Numbered from the stretch's first letter, positions 40,536-50,046 are shown. The stretch is DNA of 64,000 nucleotides from Burkholderia sp. PAMC 26561 (GCA_964657595.1 CAZZVR010000001.1:17580-81579); one strand, 5' to 3'. The notes: generated by a model not told the origin, from the letters alone. Translations and numbers: made by a program.

Positions 40536-41276
40536 ATGTCTGAACATCTAGCAGGCAAGGTCGCCGTCGTCACCGGAGCAGGATCGGGAATCGGACGCGC
40601 CACCGTGCAAGCCTTCCACCGCGAAGGCGCCGAGGTGATTGCGGCCGACATCTCGGGCAAGCAGTTCGAGCTGTCCGAGGAACTCGGAGACGGCGTGCTC
40701 GGCGTCCAGGCCGACGTGACCAAGGGGGAAGACGTCCGCAAGTTTCTGCAGACCGCCGTCGACACCTTCGGCCGGCTCGACATCCTGCATAACAACGCCG
40801 GCATCGACGGGCCGGTGTCGAGTACCGGGGAATACAGCGAAGAGGACTTTGACGCCGTCTGGGCGATCAATGGTCGCGGCGTGTTTCTCGGCATGCGCTA
40901 CGCCATCCCGATCATGCTCGAGCAGGGGAGCGGTTCGATCATCAATACGGCATCAATGGCCTCGCTCCTGGCGTTTCCGGGTATGCCGGCCTACTGCGCG
41001 TCCAAGGGTGCGGTTCTCGCGCTGACCAAGACCGCGGCAGCGGAACTTGCCCCAAAGGGCATTCGGGTCAACGCCGTCCTGCCAGGGGCAATCCGCACTG
41101 CCATCAGCGACAGCCTCCCACCGGAGCTGATCAAGGGTGTCGTCGACGCGACGCCGATGGGGCGCTTCGCGGACCCGTCGGAGGTGGCGAACCTCGTCGT
41201 CTTCCTGGCGAGTGACGAATCGTCGTACATCACCGGCGACGGCATCCTCGTCGACGGTGGCTACTCGCTCGTCTGA
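40536..41276 (+). CDS. Classical NAD-dependent SDR
   Basis: TGAGSGIG, NNAG, YCASK. Confidence 0.9.
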   Translation: MSEHLAGKVAVVTGAGSGIGRATVQAFHREGAEVIAADISGKQFELSEELGDGVLGVQADVTKGEDVRKFLQTAVDTFGRLDILHNNAGIDGPVSSTGEYSEEDFDAVWAINGRGVFLGMRYAIPIMLEQGSGSIINTASMASLLAFPGMPAYCASKGAVLALTKTAAAELAPKGIRVNAVLPGAIRTAISDSLPPELIKGVVDATPMGRFADPSEVANLVVFLASDESSYITGDGILVDGGYSLV

Positions 41277-41291
41277 GCATCCCGCCAACCG

Positions 41292-41329
41292 GCCGGTTCG
41301 ATCTCGATAGCCACGGGGATCGAACCGGC
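41292..41329. terminator. Hairpin between convergent genes
   Basis: GCCGGTTCGATC / GATCGAACCGGC inverted repeat. Confidence 0.7.
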
Positions 41330-41345
41330 TGATGACGCGGGGCGG

Positions 41346-42179
41346 CTAGACCTTTTCGTGAAAACCGGCGTCCACGGGCAACTGAATGCCAGTGACATAC
41401 CGTGACTCGTCAGAGGCGAGGTACACGACGGCGTGCGAGATATCGACGGGATCGACCCAGGGAACGGGAATGAGGTTCAGCGACGTAAACGTCGCTCCAA
41501 AATCGTCGTAGGTCGGGTTCTCGACGCCCGGTGCGAACAGCTCCCACATCGCCTCGTTCTGATTCATCTTGGTGTAGACGGAACTCGGGTGGATCGTGTT
41601 CACGCGGATGAAATGTGGCGCGAGCTCATTGGCGAGTGAGCGCATCAGTCCGACCACGGCATGCTTGGCAGAGCTGTAGTGCGTGTGGTTGGCAAACCCC
41701 TTGCGTCCCGCCGTCGAGCTGGTGATGATGATCGAGCCACCAGTCCCTTGTTCGATGAGGTGCGGCACCGTCGCCTTGGCGGTGCGGTAGGGGCCATGCT
41801 GGTTGACGTCGATCATGTCCAAGTACTTCTCGTCAGTCATGTCGATGAACGGTGCTTGCGACCAGATCCCAGCGTTGGCGACGACGATGTCAAGGCGACC
41901 GAGTTCGCCGATGCCGTCCGCGACGGCTTGATCGAGCTGCGCCTGATCGCGGACATCCGCCTTGGCGATGATCATGCGGCGGTCGAGTTTCTCGACCAGG
42001 CTCTGGGTCTCCTCGAGCTCGGCCGACGTGCCGAGCTCATAGGGCACCGAACCGATCTGCTCGCAGATGTCGACTCCAATGATGTCCGCGCCCTCCTCGG
42101 CCATCCGCACGGCATGCGATCGGCCCTGACCACGCGCCGCGCCGGTAATGAACGCAACCTTGCCATCCAGTCTTCCCAT
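41346..42179 (-). CDS. Mycofactocin-coupled SDR oxidoreductase (close paralog of 4428)
   Basis: N-terminal 80 aa nearly identical to 4428..5261. Confidence 0.92.
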   Translation of the reverse strand: MGRLDGKVAFITGAARGQGRSHAVRMAEEGADIIGVDICEQIGSVPYELGTSAELEETQSLVEKLDRRMIIAKADVRDQAQLDQAVADGIGELGRLDIVVANAGIWSQAPFIDMTDEKYLDMIDVNQHGPYRTAKATVPHLIEQGTGGSIIITSSTAGRKGFANHTHYSSAKHAVVGLMRSLANELAPHFIRVNTIHPSSVYTKMNQNEAMWELFAPGVENPTYDDFGATFTSLNLIPVPWVDPVDISHAVVYLASDESRYVTGIQLPVDAGFHEKV

Positions 42180-42222
42180 GCTTCTGCTCTCCTTGGATTG
42201 AACGAGTGTTGGCTGCTCGGAA

Positions 42223-42522
42223 TCAGAGGGCGCCCTGGCCCGGCGATCCCACGGGGTGAGCGTGCAGCTCCTTGACGTCGACCGTCAGACCCGTGAGAAC
42301 GCGACCGAGTTGCTTGAGGGCGGCACCCTGGCGATGCGCGTCCAGGGCGTCCTGGTCAGCCCACTTCTCGATCATGACCACGCAGTCCGCATTTTCGTGG
42401 AGCGCGTACAGCTCGCACCCCGGTTCGGAATGCACGGCGCTGATCGCTGCTTCAAAGGCTCGTACGAGCTCGGCACGGGACTCAGGGTCGGGGACGATGG
42501 TTGCGACGAGAATGATGCTCAT
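42223..42522 (-). CDS. ABM-family putative quinol monooxygenase
   Basis: EPGCELYALHE...IEKW...H. Confidence 0.85.
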   Translation of the reverse strand: MSIILVATIVPDPESRAELVRAFEAAISAVHSEPGCELYALHENADCVVMIEKWADQDALDAHRQGAALKQLGRVLTGLTVDVKELHAHPVGSPGQGAL

Positions 42523-42619
42523 GGGTTCTCTCCTCGGTTGACGCGGGTTCTGGCGATCCCGTAGGCTCGCACAAAACAAACTGTTGTTTTGCCGTTCGCT
42601 GCCAAGGGAGGAGAACCCT

Positions 42620-43210
42620 GTGAGCATGACTTCTGAGGAACTGGAAGCAGCCGTGCGCGTGCTTCAGGATCGCCAGGCCATCCAGGATTGCCTCATGACC
42701 TACTCTCGCGCCGTCGACCGTCTCGATCGCGAGTTGCTGCTCTCGGTCTACCACGCAGACGCGACCGACGACCACGGCGTGTTCGTCGGGTCACCGGAGG
42801 AGTTCGCCGACTGGGCGATCGCGATGCACACCGCGACCCACCTCTCCCACCAACATTGCATCTTCAACTACACGGTCGACCTGCAGGGCGATGTCGCGCA
42901 CACCGAGGCGTACTACATGTTCGTCGGACTCAACCGCACCGGTCGCCCCTACACGATGACCGGCGGGCGCTATCTGGACCGGTTCGAGCGGCGCGATGGG
43001 CGCTGGGCGATCGCCGCCCGCATCTGCGTGCGCGACTGGACCCAGCTGACGGAAATCCCGGCGCACCTCGACCAGGCCGCGATGACCGCGGCGCCCCTGA
43101 CGCCGGAGATCACCGCCCTCATCCGTGCCGGCGCCCAGATCTCCCGCGACCGGGACGACGTGTCCTACCAGCGCCCCCTGCCGGCGCGGACGACGTCCGC
43201 GGCGCACTGA
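42620..43210 (+). CDS. SnoaL/NTF2-like protein
   Basis: YSRAVDRLD...DDHG...[17 protein letters not shown]. Confidence 0.85.
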   Translation: MSMTSEELEAAVRVLQDRQAIQDCLMTYSRAVDRLDRELLLSVYHADATDDHGVFVGSPEEFADWAIAMHTATHLSHQHCIFNYTVDLQGDVAHTEAYYMFVGLNRTGRPYTMTGGRYLDRFERRDGRWAIAARICVRDWTQLTEIPAHLDQAAMTAAPLTPEITALIRAGAQISRDRDDVSYQRPLPARTTSAAH

Positions 43211-43278
43211 CCTCGTCTCAGCGCAAGCCCGGGACGCACAGCAACTACCCAGCAACGCAGGACCAGAGGAGAGAGACC

Positions 43279-44064
43279 ATGCCGCGAGTGACGCCGAAGT
43301 TCAGCGACTACGAGAACGCCTACGACAACATCAAGCTTGAACGCTCCGATACCGGGGTACTGACCGTCCGATTCCACACCGGCGGTGGGAGCCTGGTGTG
43401 GAGCGGCCCCTCCCACGAGGAGGCCGCCTACTGCTTCGGGGACATCGCCGCGGACCGGGAGAACAGCGTGGTCATCCTCACCGGGACCGGCGACGATTAC
43501 TGCGGCGCCATCGACCCCGGCAGCTTCGCCCTGGCCAACGCCCACGAATGGGACGCGACGGTGTTCGAGGGGCGCAAACTGCTGATGAATCTGCTCGACA
43601 TCGAGGTCCCCGTCATCGCCGCGGTCAACGGTCCGGCGATCTTCCACCCGGAGATCCCAATCATCTCCGACATCGTCATCGCCTCCGACACCGCCGTCTT
43701 CCAGGACGCGCCGCACTTCGTGTCCGGCATCGTTCCCGGTGACGGCGCCCACATCGTCTGGCCGCTTGTGCTGGGATCGAACCGCGGCCGGGCCTTCCTG
43801 CTCACGGGCCAGGTGCTCGATGCCAAGACCGCCCAGGAGTACGGAGCCGTCTTCGAGGTTCTGTCCGGCGAGGCATTGATGCCGCGGGCCCACGAATTGG
43901 CCGACGCCATCGCCGCGCAGCCGTTTCTGACCCGCCGGATGGCGCGCCTCGCCTTGATCCACACCATCAAGACGTCCATGCTCGCGGGCCTGGGCTTCGG
44001 GCTGGTCAGCGAGGCGCTCGCAGCCGTCGACGAGTGGCCCGAGGGCGGCACGATGGCCCGCTAA
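43279..44064 (+). CDS. Second CamK-like beta-diketone hydrolase
   Basis: SLVW...[34 protein letters not shown]; ATG 43279. Confidence 0.82.
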   Translation: MPRVTPKFSDYENAYDNIKLERSDTGVLTVRFHTGGGSLVWSGPSHEEAAYCFGDIAADRENSVVILTGTGDDYCGAIDPGSFALANAHEWDATVFEGRKLLMNLLDIEVPVIAAVNGPAIFHPEIPIISDIVIASDTAVFQDAPHFVSGIVPGDGAHIVWPLVLGSNRGRAFLLTGQVLDAKTAQEYGAVFEVLSGEALMPRAHELADAIAAQPFLTRRMARLALIHTIKTSMLAGLGFGLVSEALAAVDEWPEGGTMAR

Positions 44065-44113
44065 CGGTGCCGCGGGTCGCGCCATCGGCAACCCGGTGGT
44101 GCGACCCCACCCG

Positions 44114-44168
44114 TTGACAGGCTGTCCCCATATCTCTAACCTCCGCTAGGTAAAAACAAGTAGTTGTT
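44114..44168 (+). promoter_or_regulatory. SigA-like P450 promoter with KstR2-like operator
   Basis: TTGACA-17 bp-TAACCT; AACAA-gtag-TTGTT at 44155-44168. Confidence 0.7.
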
Positions 44169-44224
44169 TTGGTGCAGGATCGACCTGAAAACCGTCTGGA
44201 ACCGTCTGAGGAGAGGTAATACAG

Positions 44225-45499
44225 ATGAGCGTTGGAGAAGACACGTCCGCTGATGTGCAGACAGGTGGCCATGACGGCATGGCGTCCGAGGGCCGGTTCA
44301 GCCCCGAGGAGCTGACCAAGCGCTACGGCCGGGACATGTTCCGTGACTTCGATCTGGACGACCCGGCGTTCAACAAGCACTTCTTCGACATCCTCGACGA
44401 CATGGTCGAGGGATGTCCGGTTGCGCGCAGCAACAAGGGCGACGGCTATTGGATGGTTACGCGCCAGGAGGACATCCGTCAGGTCGGGCAGGACTGGAAG
44501 ACGTTCTCCAGCGCCAAGGGCTACATGCCCAACCGGCCTGAGGGGTACCCGTATCTGTTCCCGGAGGAGTCCGACCCGCCGATGCATACGGCGTGGCGCC
44601 GGGCCTTGAACCCGCACCTCACCCCGAAGGCGATCGCGGGGTACGACGCGCCGATCCGGGCCGACGCGAACACGCTGATCGACCGGTTCGTCGATCGCGG
44701 TGAATGTGAGTTCGTCAGTGAATTCGCCGCCAAGCTGCCCGGCTGGGCGTTTTTCAAGAACGTCATGGGTGTGCCGGTCGAGGATCTCGACAAGCTCGTG
44801 GCTGGCGTGGAGAACGGCACCTTCGCCCCGGTCGAGGAGCGGGCGGCCCACATGGGTGGCGTGTTCGAGTACCTCGGCACCTACGCGGAGAAGCGTCGTG
44901 ACGAGCCATCCCGCGGCGACATGGTCGACACGATCATCGCCGGCGTCGAGTACGGAGACGGCGTCATGTCCCCCTGGGAGGACCGCGTCAGCGTGCTCGT
45001 CGACCTGACCTTCGGTGGCATCGCCACGACCACGTTCGTGATGGCCGGCGGTATCCATTACCTGGCCACCCATCCGGACGCCCAGCAGTGGCTGGTCGAC
45101 CACCCCGAGGCGATTCCGCGGGCGGTCGAGGAGTTCATCCGCTTCTACCCGCCGGTCGTGGCGCTGGGGCGCACCTGCACGCGCGACGTCGAGGTCGCCG
45201 GTACGCAGATGAAGAAGGACGACTTCGTCATGCTGGGCTACGGAGCCGCGAACCGTGACCCGCGCGTCGTCGACAAGCCGACGGAGATGGACCTCAACCG
45301 TGAGAGCGTGCTGCACTCCGCCTTCGGGGTCGGCGTGCACCGCTGCATCGGCTCGAACCTCGCCCGCCAGGAACTGAAAGTGACCTTCGAGGAGTTCCTG
45401 CGGCGGGTCCCGAAGTTCAGCCTCAAGTCCGGCACCGAGCCGGTCTACGACACCGGCTTCCTCCGCACGATGAAGGACCTCCACCTGGTCTTCAGCTAG
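44225..45499 (+). CDS. Cytochrome P450
   Basis: EFIR (ExxR), FGVGVHRCIG heme ligand. Confidence 0.95.
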   Translation: MSVGEDTSADVQTGGHDGMASEGRFSPEELTKRYGRDMFRDFDLDDPAFNKHFFDILDDMVEGCPVARSNKGDGYWMVTRQEDIRQVGQDWKTFSSAKGYMPNRPEGYPYLFPEESDPPMHTAWRRALNPHLTPKAIAGYDAPIRADANTLIDRFVDRGECEFVSEFAAKLPGWAFFKNVMGVPVEDLDKLVAGVENGTFAPVEERAAHMGGVFEYLGTYAEKRRDEPSRGDMVDTIIAGVEYGDGVMSPWEDRVSVLVDLTFGGIATTTFVMAGGIHYLATHPDAQQWLVDHPEAIPRAVEEFIRFYPPVVALGRTCTRDVEVAGTQMKKDDFVMLGYGAANRDPRVVDKPTEMDLNRESVLHSAFGVGVHRCIGSNLARQELKVTFEEFLRRVPKFSLKSGTEPVYDTGFLRTMKDLHLVFS

Positions 45500-45603
45500 C
45501 CACAGTCTCTCTCCAGACGCCGCGGATCGTCGGTCTGAGCCTGCGCGGCCCAGACCGACGGTCCGTTGTGCGTTCTACCCAACCCCAGCGAGCGGAAGTG
45601 AAC

Positions 45604-45810
45604 ATGACGACGATCAAAGTCAGCTCCCTGTGTTCCGGTCACGGGCGCTGCTACACGCTGTACCCCGATGTCTATGAGTCCGACGACGATGGCTACAACG
45701 CGCACATGAACGGTGAGTTCGAGGTCCCGGCTGAGCTGATCGAGACCGCGCGGGCCGGCGCCAAGGCCTGCCCCGAGCGGGCCATCACGGTCGAGGAGGG
45801 TGAGGGTTAG
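45604..45810 (+). CDS. [3Fe-4S]-type ferredoxin (CxxHxxC...CP)
   Basis: CSGHGRC...CPERAI; directly after the P450. Confidence 0.9.
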   Translation: MTTIKVSSLCSGHGRCYTLYPDVYESDDDGYNAHMNGEFEVPAELIETARAGAKACPERAITVEEGEG

Positions 45811-46409
45811 GCCTCCGGGCGAAAGCCGGAGCCGAGCAGGACGTAGGCGGCTCTCAGGTGATCCTCGAGGTCGCCGCCGGTCCGCGCCCAAGCGGTGAAC
45901 GCGGCGATTGAGGCACCAAGCGCCGCGTACCCGAGCGTCTGAGGTTCGAGTGCGTCGGGCTCGAACCCCCACCGTCGGGCGGCATACTCGGCCACCACGG
46001 CTCGCCAGGCGGAGTAGCGCAGCATCGAATGGGCCTGCAGGGCGGGAACCGTGGTGATGAGCGTCAGGCGCAGCCGCAGCTCCGGCAGCTGCTCTTTCGG
46101 GTACCGGTTCGAGGACATGGCGGCGGCGGCGACGGCCTCGACGACCGGAACGTCATTGCCGTAACGGTCCAGGTCGGCGCGGATCCGCTCGAGCACGCGG
46201 TCGAAGTCGCCCCAGACAATGTCGTTCTTGGACGCGTAGTAGCGGAAGACCGTCCGTCGGCCCACCCCGAGGGCCGCGGCGATGTCGTCGACGGTGGTCT
46301 CCTCGAAGCCCCGCTGGACGAACAGGTCCAGGGCGACCGCGCCGACCGATTCCCGCGAGGTAATCGGCGGGCGTCCGCGCGACGCTGCGCCGACGGCTTC
46401 ATCACTCAT
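45807..46409 (-). CDS. mftR: Mycofactocin system TetR regulator
   Basis: RRTVFRYYASKNDIVWGDFD, PALQAHSMLRY; divergent from mftA. Confidence 0.92.
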   Translation of the reverse strand: MSDEAVGAASRGRPPITSRESVGAVALDLFVQRGFEETTVDDIAAALGVGRRTVFRYYASKNDIVWGDFDRVLERIRADLDRYGNDVPVVEAVAAAAMSSNRYPKEQLPELRLRLTLITTVPALQAHSMLRYSAWRAVVAEYAARRWGFEPDALEPQTLGYAALGASIAAFTAWARTGGDLEDHLRAAYVLLGSGFRPEA

Positions 46410-46431
46410 CGACACATTCTTACTTGCGAGA

Positions 46432-46450
46432 TCTGGCACCCGGTGTTATA
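46432..46450. promoter_or_regulatory. Probable MftR operator
   Basis: T-CT-GGCA-CCCGG-TGTT-AT-A resembles the T-N2-GGCA-N5-TGCC-N2-A MftR site as recalled. Confidence 0.55.
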
Positions 46451-46491
46451 AGTCTGTGTGATCCCCGTCACTGTCATAAGGAGGGTATGCC

Positions 46492-46629
46492 GTGTCTGAA
46501 GTCATCACCGAGGATGTCGAGTCCACCGAGCCGCAGGAGACAATCGTCGCGGAAGCTCCGGAGCGACTGGTCGAGGACGACCTCCTCGTCGAGGACGTCT
46601 CCATCGACGGCATGTGCGGCGTCTATTAG
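46492..46629 (+). CDS. mftA: Mycofactocin precursor peptide (45 aa)
   Basis: Manual translation MSEVITEDVESTEPQETIVAEAPERLVEDDLLVEDVSIDGMCGVY; AAGGAGG RBS. Confidence 0.97.
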   Translation: MSEVITEDVESTEPQETIVAEAPERLVEDDLLVEDVSIDGMCGVY

Positions 46630-46636
46630 ACCGACC

Positions 46637-46915
46637 ATGACCGAGTTCGACCTCGACCGCCCCTGGCAGGTCAGCAGCGGCGTCTCCCTGCGTCCCGAGC
46701 GCTTCGGCGCGCTCGCGTACAGCTTCGACACCCGGCGGCTCTCGTTCTTGAAGAGCCGTCGTCTGTTCGAGGTCGTGCGCACGCTCGAGCAGCATCCCAG
46801 CGGACGTGAGGCCTGTGAGGCGGCCGGGGTGCAGGGCGTCGAACTCTCACAGGTCACGGCAGCACTGACCACGCTGGCCGACACCGGAATGATCATCGAG
46901 AGGAGCATGGCGTGA
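46637..46915 (+). CDS. mftB: Mycofactocin RRE chaperone
   Basis: LRPERFGALAYSFDTRRLSFLK. Confidence 0.95.
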   Translation: MTEFDLDRPWQVSSGVSLRPERFGALAYSFDTRRLSFLKSRRLFEVVRTLEQHPSGREACEAAGVQGVELSQVTAALTTLADTGMIIERSMA

Positions 46916-48138
46916 GCACACTGACGGTGAATCCGGCCCCACGGGCGCGGACATTGATCGACCACTTCGAGGAGGGCCTCGACGCCCCGATCTGTCTGAC
47001 CTGGGAGCTCACCTACGCCTGCAACCTCGCCTGCGTGCACTGCCTGTCCAGCTCCGGGCGGCGCGATCCCAACGAGCTGAGCACTGCGGAGGCGCGCGCG
47101 ATCATCGACGAGCTCGAGCGGATGCAGGTGTTCTACGTGAACATCGGCGGCGGTGAGCCGACCGTCCGCAAGGACTTCTGGGACCTGCTGGACTACGCCA
47201 CCGCCCACCACGTCGGCGTGAAATTCTCCACCAACGGCAGCCGTATCACCCCGGAGATCGCCACGCGCCTCGCCGCCAACAGCTACGTCGACGTGCAGAT
47301 CTCCCTGGACGGCGCCACGCCCGAGATCAACGACAAGGTCCGCGGCGTCGGGTCCTATGACACAGCGATCGCGGCGATGGAGAACCTGGCCGCGGCCGGC
47401 ATGAAGAACTTCAAGATCTCCGTCGTGGTCACCCGGGAGAACGTCTCCCAGCTCGACGACTTCAAGGCGATCGCCGATCGCTACGAGGCCCAGCTCCGCA
47501 TCACCCGCCTGCGCCCCTCCGGCCGCGGCGCCGATGTGTGGGATGACCTGCACCCCACCGCCGATCAGCAGCGCGAGCTCTATGAGTGGCTGATGTCCCA
47601 TGGCGAGAACGTGCTCACCGGGGACTCGTTCTTCCATCTGTCCGCCTTCGGTGAGGCGCTGCCGGGTCTCAACCTGTGCGGCGCCGGACGCGTCGTCTGT
47701 CTGATCGACCCGGTCGGCGACGTCTACGCCTGCCCGTTCGCCATCCACGACGCCTTCCTGGCCGGCAACGTCCGCTCACCGGGCGGCTTCACCGGCGTGT
47801 GGCGCGAGTCCGAGCTGTTCCAGGACCTGCGCAAGCCCCAGAGTGCGGGCCTGTGTGGCAGCTGCACCTTCTACGACAGCTGTCGCGGTGGCTGCATGGC
47901 CGCCAAGTTCTTCACCGGGTTGCCGCTGGACGGCCCCGACCCCGAGTGCGCGCTCGGTCACGGCGAGAAGCTGCTGGCCGCCCGTGAGCCTGGGGCCCGG
48001 TTCCCCCAGGCCAGCCAGGACCACTCCAAGCCGAAGGCCACACGCCTCCAGCTCAACCCGCTGCCGGTGGTGGACCACGCCCCCGACCGGGCATGCGACG
48101 AGAACCCCCTCGCGGGTTTCACCCCCGACCAGAGTTAA
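46912..48138 (+). CDS. mftC: Mycofactocin radical SAM maturase
   Basis: WELTYACNLACVHC; SPASM-domain cysteines; CMAAKFFTG. Confidence 0.97.
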   Translation: MSTLTVNPAPRARTLIDHFEEGLDAPICLTWELTYACNLACVHCLSSSGRRDPNELSTAEARAIIDELERMQVFYVNIGGGEPTVRKDFWDLLDYATAHHVGVKFSTNGSRITPEIATRLAANSYVDVQISLDGATPEINDKVRGVGSYDTAIAAMENLAAAGMKNFKISVVVTRENVSQLDDFKAIADRYEAQLRITRLRPSGRGADVWDDLHPTADQQRELYEWLMSHGENVLTGDSFFHLSAFGEALPGLNLCGAGRVVCLIDPVGDVYACPFAIHDAFLAGNVRSPGGFTGVWRESELFQDLRKPQSAGLCGSCTFYDSCRGGCMAAKFFTGLPLDGPDPECALGHGEKLLAAREPGARFPQASQDHSKPKATRLQLNPLPVVDHAPDRACDENPLAGFTPDQS

Positions 48139-48154
48139 CGAAGAAGGCACAGAC

Positions 48155-49345
48155 ATGACTGATGCATGGTTCGAAACCGTCGCCGAAGCCCAGCGCCGCG
48201 CGAAGCGGCGCCTCCCGCGCTCGGTCTACAAGGCGCTGATCGGCGGCTCCGAGCGCGGCCTGACCCTGCACGACAACCAGCGGGGGTTCGCCGAGCTCGG
48301 CTTCGCCCCGCACATGGCGGACCTGCCCACCGAGCGTGACCTGAGTACCACGGTGATGGGCCAGGAGCTGTCCATGCCGGTGATGATCTCTCCTACCGGC
48401 GTCCAGGCCGTCCACTCCTCCGCCGAGATCGGGGTCGCCGCCGCCGCCGCTAACCGCGGTATCACGATGGGCCTGAGCGGCTTCGCCTCCAAGCCGATCG
48501 AGGAGGTCGTCGCGGCCAATCCGGCTACGTTCTTCCAGAGCTACTGGATCGGCACCCACGACGAGATCCTGGCCCGGATCAATCGCGCGAAGGATGCTGG
48601 CGCGGTCGGCCTCATCGCCACGCTCGACTGGTCGTTCTCCAACGGCCGTGACTGGGGCAGCCCGTTCATCCCCTCCGACATCAACTTCGAGGCGGTGCGC
48701 AAGCTCGGCGTCGACGTGGCGTTGCACCCGCGCTGGCTGATGGACTTCGCCAAGACCGGCGCCCTGCCGGATCTCGGCGCGCCGAACATGGTCCCGCTCG
48801 GTCAGACTGCGCCGAAGTTCTTCGAGGCCTACGGCCAGTGGATGGCAACTCCGTCACCCACCTTCGAGGACATCGCCTGGCTGCGTGACGCGTGGGACGG
48901 ACCGTTGATGATCAAGGGCATTACCCGCGTCGACGATGCGCGCCGAGTCGCCGACATCGGCGTCACCGCGATCTCGGTGTCCAACCACGGCGGCAACAAC
49001 CTCGACGGGACTCCGGCGACGATCCGCTGCCTCGCGGCGATCGTCGACGCGGTGGGTGACGAGGTCGAGGTCATACTCGACGGCGGGATCCGCCGGGGCG
49101 GCGACGTCGTCAAGGCGCTCGCCCTCGGCGCACGCGCGGTGATGATCGGCCGCGCCTACCTGTGGGGCTTGGCCGCCAACGGCCAGCCCGGCGTGGAGAA
49201 CGTGCTCGACATCATCCGTGGTGGCATCGACTCGGCGCTGATCGGCACCGGACGCGCCTCGGTGCACGATCTCAGGCGTGAGGACATCGTCATCCCGCCC
49301 GGCTTCGAGCTCGCGCTCGGCGCCGAGACGGTCACCGCCGAGTGA
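48155..49345 (+). CDS. mftD: Pre-mycofactocin synthase (FMN oxidase)
   Basis: WFETVAEAQRRAKRRLP, SNHGGNNLD. Confidence 0.95.
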   Translation: MTDAWFETVAEAQRRAKRRLPRSVYKALIGGSERGLTLHDNQRGFAELGFAPHMADLPTERDLSTTVMGQELSMPVMISPTGVQAVHSSAEIGVAAAAANRGITMGLSGFASKPIEEVVAANPATFFQSYWIGTHDEILARINRAKDAGAVGLIATLDWSFSNGRDWGSPFIPSDINFEAVRKLGVDVALHPRWLMDFAKTGALPDLGAPNMVPLGQTAPKFFEAYGQWMATPSPTFEDIAWLRDAWDGPLMIKGITRVDDARRVADIGVTAISVSNHGGNNLDGTPATIRCLAAIVDAVGDEVEVILDGGIRRGGDVVKALALGARAVMIGRAYLWGLAANGQPGVENVLDIIRGGIDSALIGTGRASVHDLRREDIVIPPGFELALGAETVTAE

Positions 49346-50046
49346 ACCGACTCGGGTCACTGGCCTCGGCGCAGCTCGCCAACGCCGAAGCGCTGCTGGT
49401 CATCCCCTGCGGGGCGACCGAGCAGCACGGCCCGCACCTGCCACTGGACACCGACACGACGATCGCCGTCGCACTCGGCGACCGACTCGCCGCCGTGCGT
49501 GAGGAGGTCGTCGTCGCCCCGGCGATCCCGTACGGCTCCAGCGGTGAACATCAGAGCTTTCCCGGCACCCTGTCTGTGGGACAGGGTGTGACTGAGCTGC
49601 TGATCCTCGAGCTCGTCCGCTCGGCCGCCGAGACGTTTGACCGCATCCTGTTGCTCAACGCCCACGGCGGCAACGCCGCCCCGCTGACCCGCGCCGTGCG
49701 GCGCCTGCGCGACGAGGGACGTGACGTGCGCGCCTGGAATCCCGCGGCGACCTGGACGGGTGACGCCCACGCCGGTCTGACCGAGACCTCGGTGATGCTT
49801 GCGCTCGCGCCCCAATCCGTCGACATGACCCGGGCGGAGCCGGGGGCTACCCAGCCGTTGGGCGAGCTGTTCCTCGAGCTCGAGCGAGGGGGCGTGGCCG
49901 CGGTGAGTCCCAACGGCGTGCTCGGTGACCCCTCCGGCGCATCCGCCGCCTACGGTGAGAAGCTCATGACCGAGGCCGTGGTGCAGCTGGCGCGATTTGT
50001 GACGGAGTGGCCGATCCGGTCCGGGGCCGCGGCGATGACGCGATGA
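49342..50046 (+). CDS. mftE: Mycofactocin peptidase (creatininase family)
   Basis: EQHGPHLPLDTD, GEH, NAHGGN, DAHAG..ETS. Confidence 0.95.
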   Translation: MNRLGSLASAQLANAEALLVIPCGATEQHGPHLPLDTDTTIAVALGDRLAAVREEVVVAPAIPYGSSGEHQSFPGTLSVGQGVTELLILELVRSAAETFDRILLLNAHGGNAAPLTRAVRRLRDEGRDVRAWNPAATWTGDAHAGLTETSVMLALAPQSVDMTRAEPGATQPLGELFLELERGGVAAVSPNGVLGDPSGASAAYGEKLMTEAVVQLARFVTEWPIRSGAAAMTR

